From assembly GCA_964653205.1 (NCBI GenBank), contig CAZZDO010000002.1, positions 1 to 50,033 on the forward strand: a stretch of DNA of 50,033 nt, given 5' to 3'. Positions within the stretch are counted from its first letter, which is position 1. Each line of letters opens with the position of its first letter. The notes beneath the pieces are model-generated. The model worked only from the letters and a program-made list of their open reading frames with translations, did not search any database and had not been told where the DNA came from. The DNA is from an uncultured Armatimonadia bacterium (GTDB lineage Bacteria; Armatimonadota; Zipacnadia; Zipacnadales; UBA11051). A program made the position numbers and the translations under genes. Of the stretch, positions 26,927-35,500 are shown piece by piece.

Positions 26927-27919
26927 GTGAAAACATCCCTTGTGCATGTCGGAGTAGTGCTGCTGGCGCTGCAGCTTGGCGTCGCGCAGGCCGCGCCAGA
27001 CCAGTCGCCGGCGGCGCGTCGCCTGGCGCTCATCCAGCAGGCCGACAAGGGCGCGGCCGCCGTGCCGGCCCTGACCGCCGGCCTGCAGGACGAGAACCTC
27101 GTCGTGCGGCGGACGGCGGTGCGGCTGCTCATTGACGTCGGCGCTCCGGCGCGGCCGGCGTTGGTGGGCGCGCTCGACAATGCCGACGCCCTCGTCCGGC
27201 GCGCGGCGCTGTCGGCCGTCTGCGACCCGCTCACGGCGGCGGCCCTGCCCTCGCTGAAGAAGGGCCTCGCGGACACCGACGCGCTCATGCGGCTGGCGGC
27301 CGTGCAGTTGCTCGTGCAGCTCAAGCCGCGCACCCAGGAGATGAACGACCTCCTGGAAAGGGCGAGCAAGGATGAGGCGCAGGCCGTCCGGGAAGTCGCG
27401 GCCGCGGCGGTGTGGCCCTTCTTCAAGGAGACGGTCTCCATCCGCGACCGCAAGGACTGGGACCACGACATCAAGGTGGCCCAGGAGCTCCCGTTGCCGA
27501 CCGAGGGCTGGCGCTTCCAGACCGACCCGAAGGCCGACGGCCACCTGAAGAAGTGGTACGAACCGGCCTTCAACGACGCGGCGTGGCTGGCGATCAAGAT
27601 CGGCTCGTCCTGGGAAGAGCAGGGCCAGGCCTACGACGGCGTGGCCTGGTATCGCGGGACGTTCGACCTGCCGGCCAAGCCGCAGTGCCTGGCGGTCGAG
27701 ATGGCCTTCGGGGGCGTGGACGAGATCGCGTGGGTGTGGATCAACGGCCAGTACGTCGGCCAGCACGACCTGGGCACCGAGGGCTGGGACAAGCCCTTCG
27801 CGCTCGACGTGACCCCGGCGCTGAAGTGGGGGGAGAAGAACCAGATCACCGTGCGCGTGTATGACAGCGCGTACGCCGGCGGAATCTGGAAGCCCGTCAC
27901 CATCCAGGTGCTGCAGTAG
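26927..27919 (+). CDS. secreted HEAT-repeat protein fused to a galactose-binding-like (GH2 sugar-binding-type) domain
   Basis: ORF 26390..27919. The in-frame GTG at 26927 has AAGGAGAGG 9 nt upstream and gives the signal-like VKTSLVHVGVVLLALQLGVAQA. HEAT repeats: DENLVVRRTAVRLLIDVG, DNADALVRRAALSAV, DTDALMRLAAVQLL. The C-terminus WYEPAFNDAAWLAIKIGSSWEEQG..YDGVAWYRGTFDLP..VWINGQYVG matches the GH2 N-terminal domain pattern. Confidence 0.6.
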   Translation: MKTSLVHVGVVLLALQLGVAQAAPDQSPAARRLALIQQADKGAAAVPALTAGLQDENLVVRRTAVRLLIDVGAPARPALVGALDNADALVRRAALSAVCDPLTAAALPSLKKGLADTDALMRLAAVQLLVQLKPRTQEMNDLLERASKDEAQAVREVAAAAVWPFFKETVSIRDRKDWDHDIKVAQELPLPTEGWRFQTDPKADGHLKKWYEPAFNDAAWLAIKIGSSWEEQGQAYDGVAWYRGTFDLPAKPQCLAVEMAFGGVDEIAWVWINGQYVGQHDLGTEGWDKPFALDVTPALKWGEKNQITVRVYDSAYAGGIWKPVTIQVLQ

Positions 27920-27930
27920 GAGCGATCAAC

Positions 27931-30900
27931 ATGAACAAGCGACCACTTCTCATCGCCGCTGCTGTCGTCTCCCTGCTGCTCGCCGCCGGCCTTGTCGGAG
28001 CGGCCGAGGGACCGTGGCAGCAGCTCTATGCCGGTGAAGAGGCCACGGGCCCCAATGTCGTGGCCCTGTGGCAGTTCCAGCCCGGCCAGGAGTTGAAGGA
28101 CAGCTCCGGGCACGGGCACGACCTGAAGTTGCGCGGGGACGGCCGCGTCGTCAAGGAGGGCCCGCTCGGCGGGGCGCTGGAGTCCTTCCCGGCCGGCACC
28201 GACAACGACAAGGCCCAGGGCGCGGAGGCCAAGGATGCCGATGCCCTCTCGCCGGCGGGAGCCTTTACCCTCGAGGCCTGGTTCATGGCCAAGCCCGAGA
28301 TGGAGAAGCATCCCAGCGCCTTCCTGTTCGACAAGAAGTACTTCATGTACGCCAAGGATCTCCCGGAGGCCAACACCGACTACTGCCTGTACATGACGCG
28401 CAGCGGGGCGAACAAGCGCCGCTTGATGGTTTCCCTCGGCTATGGCAAGGACTCCGACTTCATCAGCGGGCCGGAGATCGAAGTCGTGCCCGGCCAGTGG
28501 CTGCATCTCGCCTACACCTATGATGGCGAGGGGCGGTCACGGTTCTTCCTCAACGGCGAGTTGATCGGCAAGGCGGTCATCCCGGGCCGCGGGTCCATCG
28601 CGCCGGGGCGCTATGCCCTGACCATCGGCGATCGCTTCGGCAGCACTCACAACGGCTTCCCCGGCTACATTGCCCAGGCCCGGCTCTCCAACGGGATCGT
28701 GCCGTACTTCACGGGCGGGCTGGTAGCCAACGTAGCCGGCGGGCGCACGACCTTCATCCGCATGGAGCCCAACGTTTCTCTGGGCGTGACGCTCACGAAT
28801 GACACCGCCATGCCGCTCGCCGGGGGCAAGGCCGAGGTCGTCTTCGGGACGCAGAAGCAGCAGATTGCGCTCCCCGAGTTGGCGCCCAACGCCGAGCAGA
28901 GCGTGCCGCTGAAGCTGAACACGTCGCTCAAGCCCGGCACGTATGCGCTGAAAGTCACTGCCTCGGGCATGTCGGGCGGCAGGCCGCTGCGGGTCGAGAA
29001 GGAGATCCCGATCACCATCGTCCCGCGCCCGCTGCCCAATCAGATGCCCGTCGTGATGTGGGGGGGCGGCGACATCGAGAGTCTGAAGGCCTTCGGCTTC
29101 ACGCATCAGCTCACGTCCCTCGTGAATGACGCGACCGTCTGGCAGGCCGGCCAGCCCGTCCCATCGCTGTCGCCCTCGGGCATCGAGGAGCGCGGCCGCA
29201 TGCTCGACGACCTGCTCAAGGCCGGGCTGCACGCCTGCGTCTACACCTACCCCGGCTCGTGGGTCACGCGCGACGAGAAGCGGCACGAGCAGTATGGCCG
29301 CGTGGACCGCACCGGCGCCGTGCGCAAGACCGACAATGTCTGCGGCAACTTCCCGGAGGTGCGACAGTTCTGCTACAACATCGGCGCGTCCATCGGGCAG
29401 ACGTTCGGCCAGTACCCCGCCCTCGACGGCGCCCTGATCCACTCCGAGGTGCGCGACGGCTCGGACCTGTGCTTCCACGAACATGACAAGGCGGCGTTCC
29501 GCCAGGCCGCAGGCTTTGACATCCCCGAGGAAGTGATGGGCAAGAACGGCCTCAACTACCGCCGCATCAAGAACTTCCCGGCCAACCGCGTGGTCAAGGA
29601 CGACGACCGCATTCTCACCTTCTACCGCTGGTTCTGGAAGGATGGCGACGGGTGGAACCCGCTGCACTCAGAGGTCAGCCGGGGGCTGAAGACCGGCGGG
29701 CGCAAGGACATCTGGACGTTCTTCGACCCGGCCGTGCGCGTCCCGGACATCTGGGGGAGCGGCGGCGATGTGGACATCATCTCCCAGTGGACCTACTCCT
29801 ATCCCGACCCGATCAAGATCGGGCAATCCACCGACGAGTTGTTCGCCATGGCCGAGGGCAAGCCCGGCCAGCGCGTGATGAAGATGACGCAGATCATCTG
29901 GTATCGCTCCGGCACCGCGCCCAAGTTGCCCGAGGACGAGACCCAGCGCGCCGCCTGGGAGAAGGAGAAGCCCGAGGCGCCCTTCATCACCATCGCCCCG
30001 GACCACATGCGCGAGGCGTTCTGGTCCAAGATGTCCCGCCCGATTCGCGGCATCATGTACCACGGCTGGGGCTCGCTCGTCGAAACCGGCACCACCAACA
30101 AGGGCTATGTCTTCACCAACCCGCGAACGCAGGAGGTGCTGACGGACCTGACCCACCGCATCGTGCAGCCGCTGGGCCCGACCCTGCTGCAAGTGCCCGA
30201 CCGCCCCGCCGACGTGGCCATGCTCGAGAGCTTCGCCTCGCAGATGTTCGCCGGGCGCGGGAGCTACGGCTGGAGCCAGTCGTGGGAGGCCGACGTGCAC
30301 CTGATGCTCCAGTGGGCGCACCTGCAGCCCAAGATCCTGTTCGACGAGACGGTCGTCCGCGACGGCCTGGACGCCTTCAAGGTCCTCGTCATGCCCAGCT
30401 GCGACGTGCTGACCGAAAGCGTGGTGGCGAAGATCAAGGCTTTCCAGAAGCGCGGCGGCCTCGTTGTGGCTGATGAGAACCTCTGCCCGGCGATCCTGCC
30501 GGACATCGTCATCCCGACGTACAAGCGCGTGGGCAAGGCGGACGAGGACAAGGCGAAGCTGCAGGAGATGGCGGCGTCCTTGCGTGAGCAACTCGACCCC
30601 TTCTACACGCGCTACGGCGAGGCGTCCAACGCGGACCTCGTCCTGCGCTTCCGCCGCAGCGGCGCGAGCGACTACCTGTTTGCGCTCAACGATAAGCGCA
30701 CCTTCGGCGACTACGTGGGCCACCACGGCAAGGTGATGGAGCAGGGCGTGCCGAACGCCGCGGTCGTCTCCGTGCGGCGCAGGGGCGCGTTCGTCTACGA
30801 TCTCGTGGGTCATCGGGCGGTGGCGACCAAGGCCACGGCGGCCGGCCTGCAGTTCGACCTGAGCCTCGGCCCGGGCGATGGCCGCGTGTTCCTGCTCACG

Positions 30901-31206
30901 AGCCAGAAGTTGGCGGCGGTGCAAGTCGCCGCCCCGGCGAAGGTGAAGCGCGGCGGGACGGCCGACGTGACGGTGACGGTCGCCGACGCCAAGGGCGCGC
31001 CCATTGGGGCAGTCGTGCCGGTGCGCGTGGAGGTCCTGGACGCCAAGGGCCAGCCGGCGGAGCTCAGCGGCTACTATGGCGCGAAGGACGGCAAGCTGAG
31101 CGTGCGGCTCGCGATCGCGGCCAATGACGAGGCGGGGACGTGGACGATCAAGGCGACGGAACTGGCGTCGGGGTTGAGCAAGCAGGTAAAGGTGATCGTG
31201 CAATAG
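27931..31206 (+). CDS. secreted LamG/concanavalin-like lectin domain protein with large uncharacterised (glycosidase-like) body and C-terminal Ig-like domain
   Basis: Signal peptide MNKRPLLIAAAVVSLLLAAGLVGAAEG. The LamG pattern is FTLEAWFMAKPE..LMVSLGYGKDSDFISGPEIEVVPGQWLHLAYTYDGEGRSRFFLNGELIG. FKVLVMPSCDVLTESVVAKIKAFQKRGGLVVAD resembles a GH42-type trimerisation/GATase-like segment. An AGGAG RBS overlaps the upstream stop. Confidence 0.6.
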   Translation: MNKRPLLIAAAVVSLLLAAGLVGAAEGPWQQLYAGEEATGPNVVALWQFQPGQELKDSSGHGHDLKLRGDGRVVKEGPLGGALESFPAGTDNDKAQGAEAKDADALSPAGAFTLEAWFMAKPEMEKHPSAFLFDKKYFMYAKDLPEANTDYCLYMTRSGANKRRLMVSLGYGKDSDFISGPEIEVVPGQWLHLAYTYDGEGRSRFFLNGELIGKAVIPGRGSIAPGRYALTIGDRFGSTHNGFPGYIAQARLSNGIVPYFTGGLVANVAGGRTTFIRMEPNVSLGVTLTNDTAMPLAGGKAEVVFGTQKQQIALPELAPNAEQSVPLKLNTSLKPGTYALKVTASGMSGGRPLRVEKEIPITIVPRPLPNQMPVVMWGGGDIESLKAFGFTHQLTSLVNDATVWQAGQPVPSLSPSGIEERGRMLDDLLKAGLHACVYTYPGSWVTRDEKRHEQYGRVDRTGAVRKTDNVCGNFPEVRQFCYNIGASIGQTFGQYPALDGALIHSEVRDGSDLCFHEHDKAAFRQAAGFDIPEEVMGKNGLNYRRIKNFPANRVVKDDDRILTFYRWFWKDGDGWNPLHSEVSRGLKTGGRKDIWTFFDPAVRVPDIWGSGGDVDIISQWTYSYPDPIKIGQSTDELFAMAEGKPGQRVMKMTQIIWYRSGTAPKLPEDETQRAAWEKEKPEAPFITIAPDHMREAFWSKMSRPIRGIMYHGWGSLVETGTTNKGYVFTNPRTQEVLTDLTHRIVQPLGPTLLQVPDRPADVAMLESFASQMFAGRGSYGWSQSWEADVHLMLQWAHLQPKILFDETVVRDGLDAFKVLVMPSCDVLTESVVAKIKAFQKRGGLVVADENLCPAILPDIVIPTYKRVGKADEDKAKLQEMAASLREQLDPFYTRYGEASNADLVLRFRRSGASDYLFALNDKRTFGDYVGHHGKVMEQGVPNAAVVSVRRRGAFVYDLVGHRAVATKATAAGLQFDLSLGPGDGRVFLLTSQKLAAVQVAAPAKVKRGGTADVTVTVADAKGAPIGAVVPVRVEVLDAKGQPAELSGYYGAKDGKLSVRLAIAANDEAGTWTIKATELASGLSKQVKVIVQ

Positions 31207-31229
31207 GCTGAACCGACGACCCGTGAACA

Positions 31230-31262
31230 CGACGGCCTCGCCCTCACCGGGCGGGGCCGTCG
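31230..31262. terminator. bidirectional stem-loop between convergent genes
   Basis: CGACGGCCTCGCCC-tcacc-GGGCGGGGCCGTCG forms a 14-bp stem with one G.T pair and a 5-nt loop. It is centred in the 61-nt gap between the stops at 31206 and 31268. Confidence 0.5.
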
Positions 31263-31267
31263 GCCTG

Positions 31268-31909
31268 CTACTTGAACTCCTGCGACAACTGCCGCGGCGT
31301 GTACTTCACATGGCCGTCCAGATACAGGATGTTGCTCGAGGCGTACAGCCCCCCGTGGATCTTCTGTGAGGCCGAGCTTTGGTTGCAGTTCCAGTCGGAC
31401 CCCAGGAAGTAGTCCGCGTCCCAACTGTCGTCCATGATCCGCGTGGTGTTGCCGCAGCGACTGGCGTAGAACGAGCGGTCAATCCAGCCCCACCAGCCGT
31501 TGGCGGTGGTGGGGACGGGCGCGGTGCTGGGCAACTGATCGAAGCACCAGTAGTAGTAGGTGATGTTGCCGGCGGCGCGGTTGGCGGCGGTGTCCTGCAG
31601 GTAGTCAATGCCCGTGCGGGGAGCGGACGGGCAGTAGAAGATCCCCATGTTCTTGATGTACGGCCACAGCTCGGTCACAAGCCGCAGGTGCGGGTTGCTG
31701 ATGTGGTCATCCACCGGATAGCAGCCGTCGTAGTCCTGGGCGTACATGTTGCACGCCAGGCCGATCTGCCGCAGGTTCGACAGGCAGGTCGTCCGCCGGG
31801 CGGCTTCCCGCGCCCGGGCGAACACCGGGAACAGGATGGCGGCCAGAATCGCGATGATGGCGATGACCACCAGTAGCTCGATCAGCGTGAAGCCACGGGT
31901 GCGAGGCAT
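31268..31909 (-). CDS. prepilin-type N-terminal cleavage/methylation domain protein (type II secretion pseudopilin-like, DUF1559/H-X9-DG-like family)
   Basis: The N-terminus is [39 protein letters not shown]. The C-terminal ..[13 protein letters not shown] resembles the motif of the expanded pseudopilin-like family. GGAGGA RBS. Confidence 0.85.
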   Translation of the reverse strand: MPRTRGFTLIELLVVIAIIAILAAILFPVFARAREAARRTTCLSNLRQIGLACNMYAQDYDGCYPVDDHISNPHLRLVTELWPYIKNMGIFYCPSAPRTGIDYLQDTAANRAAGNITYYYWCFDQLPSTAPVPTTANGWWGWIDRSFYASRCGNTTRIMDDSWDADYFLGSDWNCNQSSASQKIHGGLYASSNILYLDGHVKYTPRQLSQEFK

Positions 31910-31930
31910 GGTCGTCCTCCAGGTCGGCGC

Positions 31931-32566
31931 TTACTTGTCGTAGCGCGCCAGATAGGCCTTGATCCAGCAGGTGCATTCCGGCGGGTTCGGCACTAGCTGC
32001 AGATAGCGCCGGAAGCACCGCACCGCTTCCTGGCTGTTCTTTGTCACATTGGCGTGCAGTGTGCCCAGCGACAGCCACGCCGAGGCCAGCGACGGGTTGA
32101 GCTGCAGCGCGGTGGTGTACTCCTTCAGCGCCGCCTGCGTCTGCTTCTGCCGGGCGCAGGCGCGGCCCAGGTTGTAGTGCGCCCCGGCCGACTTGGGGCT
32201 CAGGTGCACCGCCGTGCGGCAGACCCGCATGGCTTCCGTCAGCCGGTCCTGATCCACCAGCGCCGACCCCAGGTTGATGTGGGCGCTGGCGTTCTTCGGG
32301 TTCAGGCCAATGGCCGTGCGGAAATGCAGGATCGCCTCCATCGGCTTCTGCTGCGCGTACAGCACCACGCCGAGGCCCACATGAGCGGTATCGTTGCGCG
32401 GCTCCTGCACCACTGCCTGGTGGAACTTCGCGACGGCGCCGGCCAGATCGCCCCGGCCGTAGAGCGCCGCGCCGGCCCGGCACAACTCCGCAACGGACTC
32501 CGCGTACGCCGCGGTTGCCAACAGCCCGGCCAGGAGCAGCACGCAGGCCCTACGGCGCCGCCTCAT
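31931..32566 (-). CDS. secreted tetratricopeptide (TPR) repeat protein
   Basis: ORF 31931..32602, which opens with GTG. ATG at 32566 gives the signal-like MRRRRRACVLLLAGLLATAAYA. At least five TPR-like units are present (..AHVGLGVVLYAQQKPMEAILHFRTAIGLNPKNASAHINLGSAL..). It overlaps the upstream stop by 17 nt. Confidence 0.7.
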   Translation of the reverse strand: MRRRRRACVLLLAGLLATAAYAESVAELCRAGAALYGRGDLAGAVAKFHQAVVQEPRNDTAHVGLGVVLYAQQKPMEAILHFRTAIGLNPKNASAHINLGSALVDQDRLTEAMRVCRTAVHLSPKSAGAHYNLGRACARQKQTQAALKEYTTALQLNPSLASAWLSLGTLHANVTKNSQEAVRCFRRYLQLVPNPPECTCWIKAYLARYDK

Positions 32567-35500
32567 ACTCCACCACCAATTCCGCCGGGACTTGTCCTTC
32601 ACGACTGATGTAGTTGGCGCCGTCGCAACTGGTCGGGTCGAGCATCAGGGACAGCTCCGTCCTGCCGGCCAGGTCCACCTTCAACTCGCGCTCTTCCCAC
32701 GCGTCGCGGCCCACCTTGCCCAGGCGTCCCACTTCCGCGCCGGGTTTGGGCCGGTCCTTGTACGTCACCTTGTTCTCATCCCACGGCTCGTCAATCACGC
32801 AGATGCGGCCGGAGTCGTTGCTCTCGGAGGCCTCACTGGCGGCGGTGTGGATGCGGAACCTGACACTGACAATGCGTCCGGGCACGTTGAGCGGGAACCG
32901 GAGCAGGCCGATGTTGTGGCTCTCGTCGCCCATGGTCGAGTTGCCGCCGTCCACGAGCAGGTTGGCGCTGTGGCCATAGTTCGTCGTACCGGCTCCGGCC
33001 GACACATAGGCATCGGCGAGGGCGCGGAAGGTGATGCGGCCGCGCGCGCCGAGGTACTCCACGGCGGCCTCGCGCTCGGTCTCGACCGTGCCGTCCTGCC
33101 GCACGAGTTGGACCTTGAGCGCTCCGGAGACGGGCGCGCCCTTGCGGGCCACGGTGAGCTTCACCGTCTGGGCGGCCTGCTCGTTGGTCGCCAGCTTGAG
33201 CGGGAACGAGGCCGGCGTCACGGCCAGACCGTCGGGCACGGTCAGCCTGACGGTGCCGACAAAGTCGCGCTCCGTGCGGTTGCTGAACTCGACCTTGCCC
33301 TCGGCGGACGGCTGCGGGTCGGACACGCTGAGCTTCGGCACGGCCGTGCCGATGTGCAGCACGCGCTCGCGGATGATCTGCACGGAGTTGAGGATCGGCA
33401 TCTGCTCGGGCGCGGGCTCCTTCGCGGCGCCGGCCAGCTCGATCTTCAACTCGTCGTCCACGCGAATGCCCTTGAACTCGCGGACGATGACCGCGCGCGT
33501 CTTGCCGGCGGCGGCGAGGGCGTCGAAGCCCTGCTCGACTGTCTTGCCTTGCAGCTTGATGTCGAAGGCGCGCTTGCCGGGCGCCGGGTTGTCCGTCTCG
33601 GTGAAGCCCAGCCGCACGGTGTATTCCGCCGGGCCGTCCAGCGGACCGACCAGCGGGACGGTCATCGCGGCCAGCCCGCGGCAGCCCGAGGCGTAGACCC
33701 ACGGGAGGTTCGTGCCGGTGAACGTGGATGTCTCGGACGCCGCGCCGAACACGCCGCCGCCCTTCACATAGCTCACGGTCGGCTTGAGCGAGAGCGCCAT
33801 GCGACCCCAGGGCCGCGGAAAGCTCAGCCACAGCGTGCCGTCATCGGCGCGACGATCGCCCGGCGCCCCGAGGTTCAGCGCCACCTGCTTGACCGGCAGG
33901 CAATCGCCGGCGGTGGAGAACGTGCCCCAGGCCTTGTCGGTCTCGCGGGGCTTGAAGACGGTGGTGCAGTGGATCGAGATGAGACAGATGCAGCCGGAGC
34001 TTGCCTCCGGCACGACCAGCAGGCCGTTGGCCGGGATCATGTTGATCCAGCAGCCGGGCCGTTGGCCGCCGAAGTTCTCCGTGCCGTTGTCGCGCAGACG
34101 GTCGTAGTAGGCCAGCGACCACGAGCGGTAGTACAGGCCATTGGGCGAGCCGGAGATGCAGCCGCAGTGATGGCCCGGCCGCTCGAACTGCCACGGGGAC
34201 TCCATGCCGGTCAGCGGGTGGGGGCGCATCTTCTGCTGGCCGGTCTTGAGGTCGAAGGCCCACGGCTCGGCAATGAGTTCGTCGCCCACCACCAGCGGGC
34301 GGATGCGATAGCCAATGGCCTTGGTCCACAGCAGGGCGCCGTCGGCTGCCGAGAGCACCGTGGCGCGGCGCGCACCATACTCGCCGCCGAGGAACTGCGG
34401 CCAGTAGTGGCCGTCGGCATGCGCGCCGCAGAACACGACGACCCCACGGGTGGCGATCGCGATGAGCACATGGGGGCCGCAGTCGGTCAGATCCACCGGG
34501 CGCTGCCAGACTCGCTTGCCCGTTGCGGCGTCGAGTGCGGTCACCAGGCGGACATCGGCGCTGGTGAGCTGCTTTTCGGCCTCGGCCGCGCTGATTTTGC
34601 CGGTCGCCATGATCTCCTTGATCTTGTCCTGCAACGCCTCCGTACGTTGGGCCGGCGTCACGGCGGCATCCGCGCAGAACAGCCGCCCCTCACTGAGGCA
34701 GATCGTGTTGTTGCGGATGCGCTCGCCCGCGAAGGTCCAGCGCCCCTTGCCGTTGGCGACATCGAGGGCAAAGATCAGGCTGCTCTCCTGCCCCTTGCGC
34801 GACACGCTGCCGTACAGCGTCTTGCCGACCAGGGCGAGCCAGCCCCACTTCGGGTCGCCCTCGCCGGGGGTCGGCGGCAGTTCGTAGGTCTGCATCGTCT
34901 CGCCCGTCTCGGCGCTCAGGCGCAGGCACTGCTTGCCGACCGCCACGAAGAGGCTCTGCTCGTCGCAGACGATGTTGCTCGCCTCGTACACCATGCCCAC
35001 GCGGTACGCCCCCGGCAACTCGCGTTCCCAATACGGCAGCCCGTTGTACGCGTCAAAGCACATGATGCGGTTAATGCCCTGCAAGTACACCCGGCCGTTG
35101 ATCGTCAGCGGGGCGGCGTTGCCGGCGTGGCGCGAGGGCACCTTGTCCGGCCCGGGCTCACCATACCACAGCACGCCCAGCGGGCACTTGAGAGCGGTAT
35201 CGGTACTCGAGGCGGTGTTGCCGGGGTCGCCGTACTGGTGCGTCCACTGGCCGGCGCCGGGGAGAGGACCGCGCGTCCACGTCGCCCACAGGCCACCGGC
35301 GGTGCTGACCGTCGGCTTGCCCATCTCGTCGCTGCTGATGCAGCCCGTCAGGGCAGCGCGGGTCACTTTCGCCTTGCCCGCCTGCCCGAGGCACAGCACG
35401 CCCCCGCACGGCTTGAGGTGGCCGATGATGTCCGCCTGTGAAGTCGGCAACTCGCCAGTCGTGAGCGTCTCCTCCGACACGATCAGGTTCGCGAAGTAGT

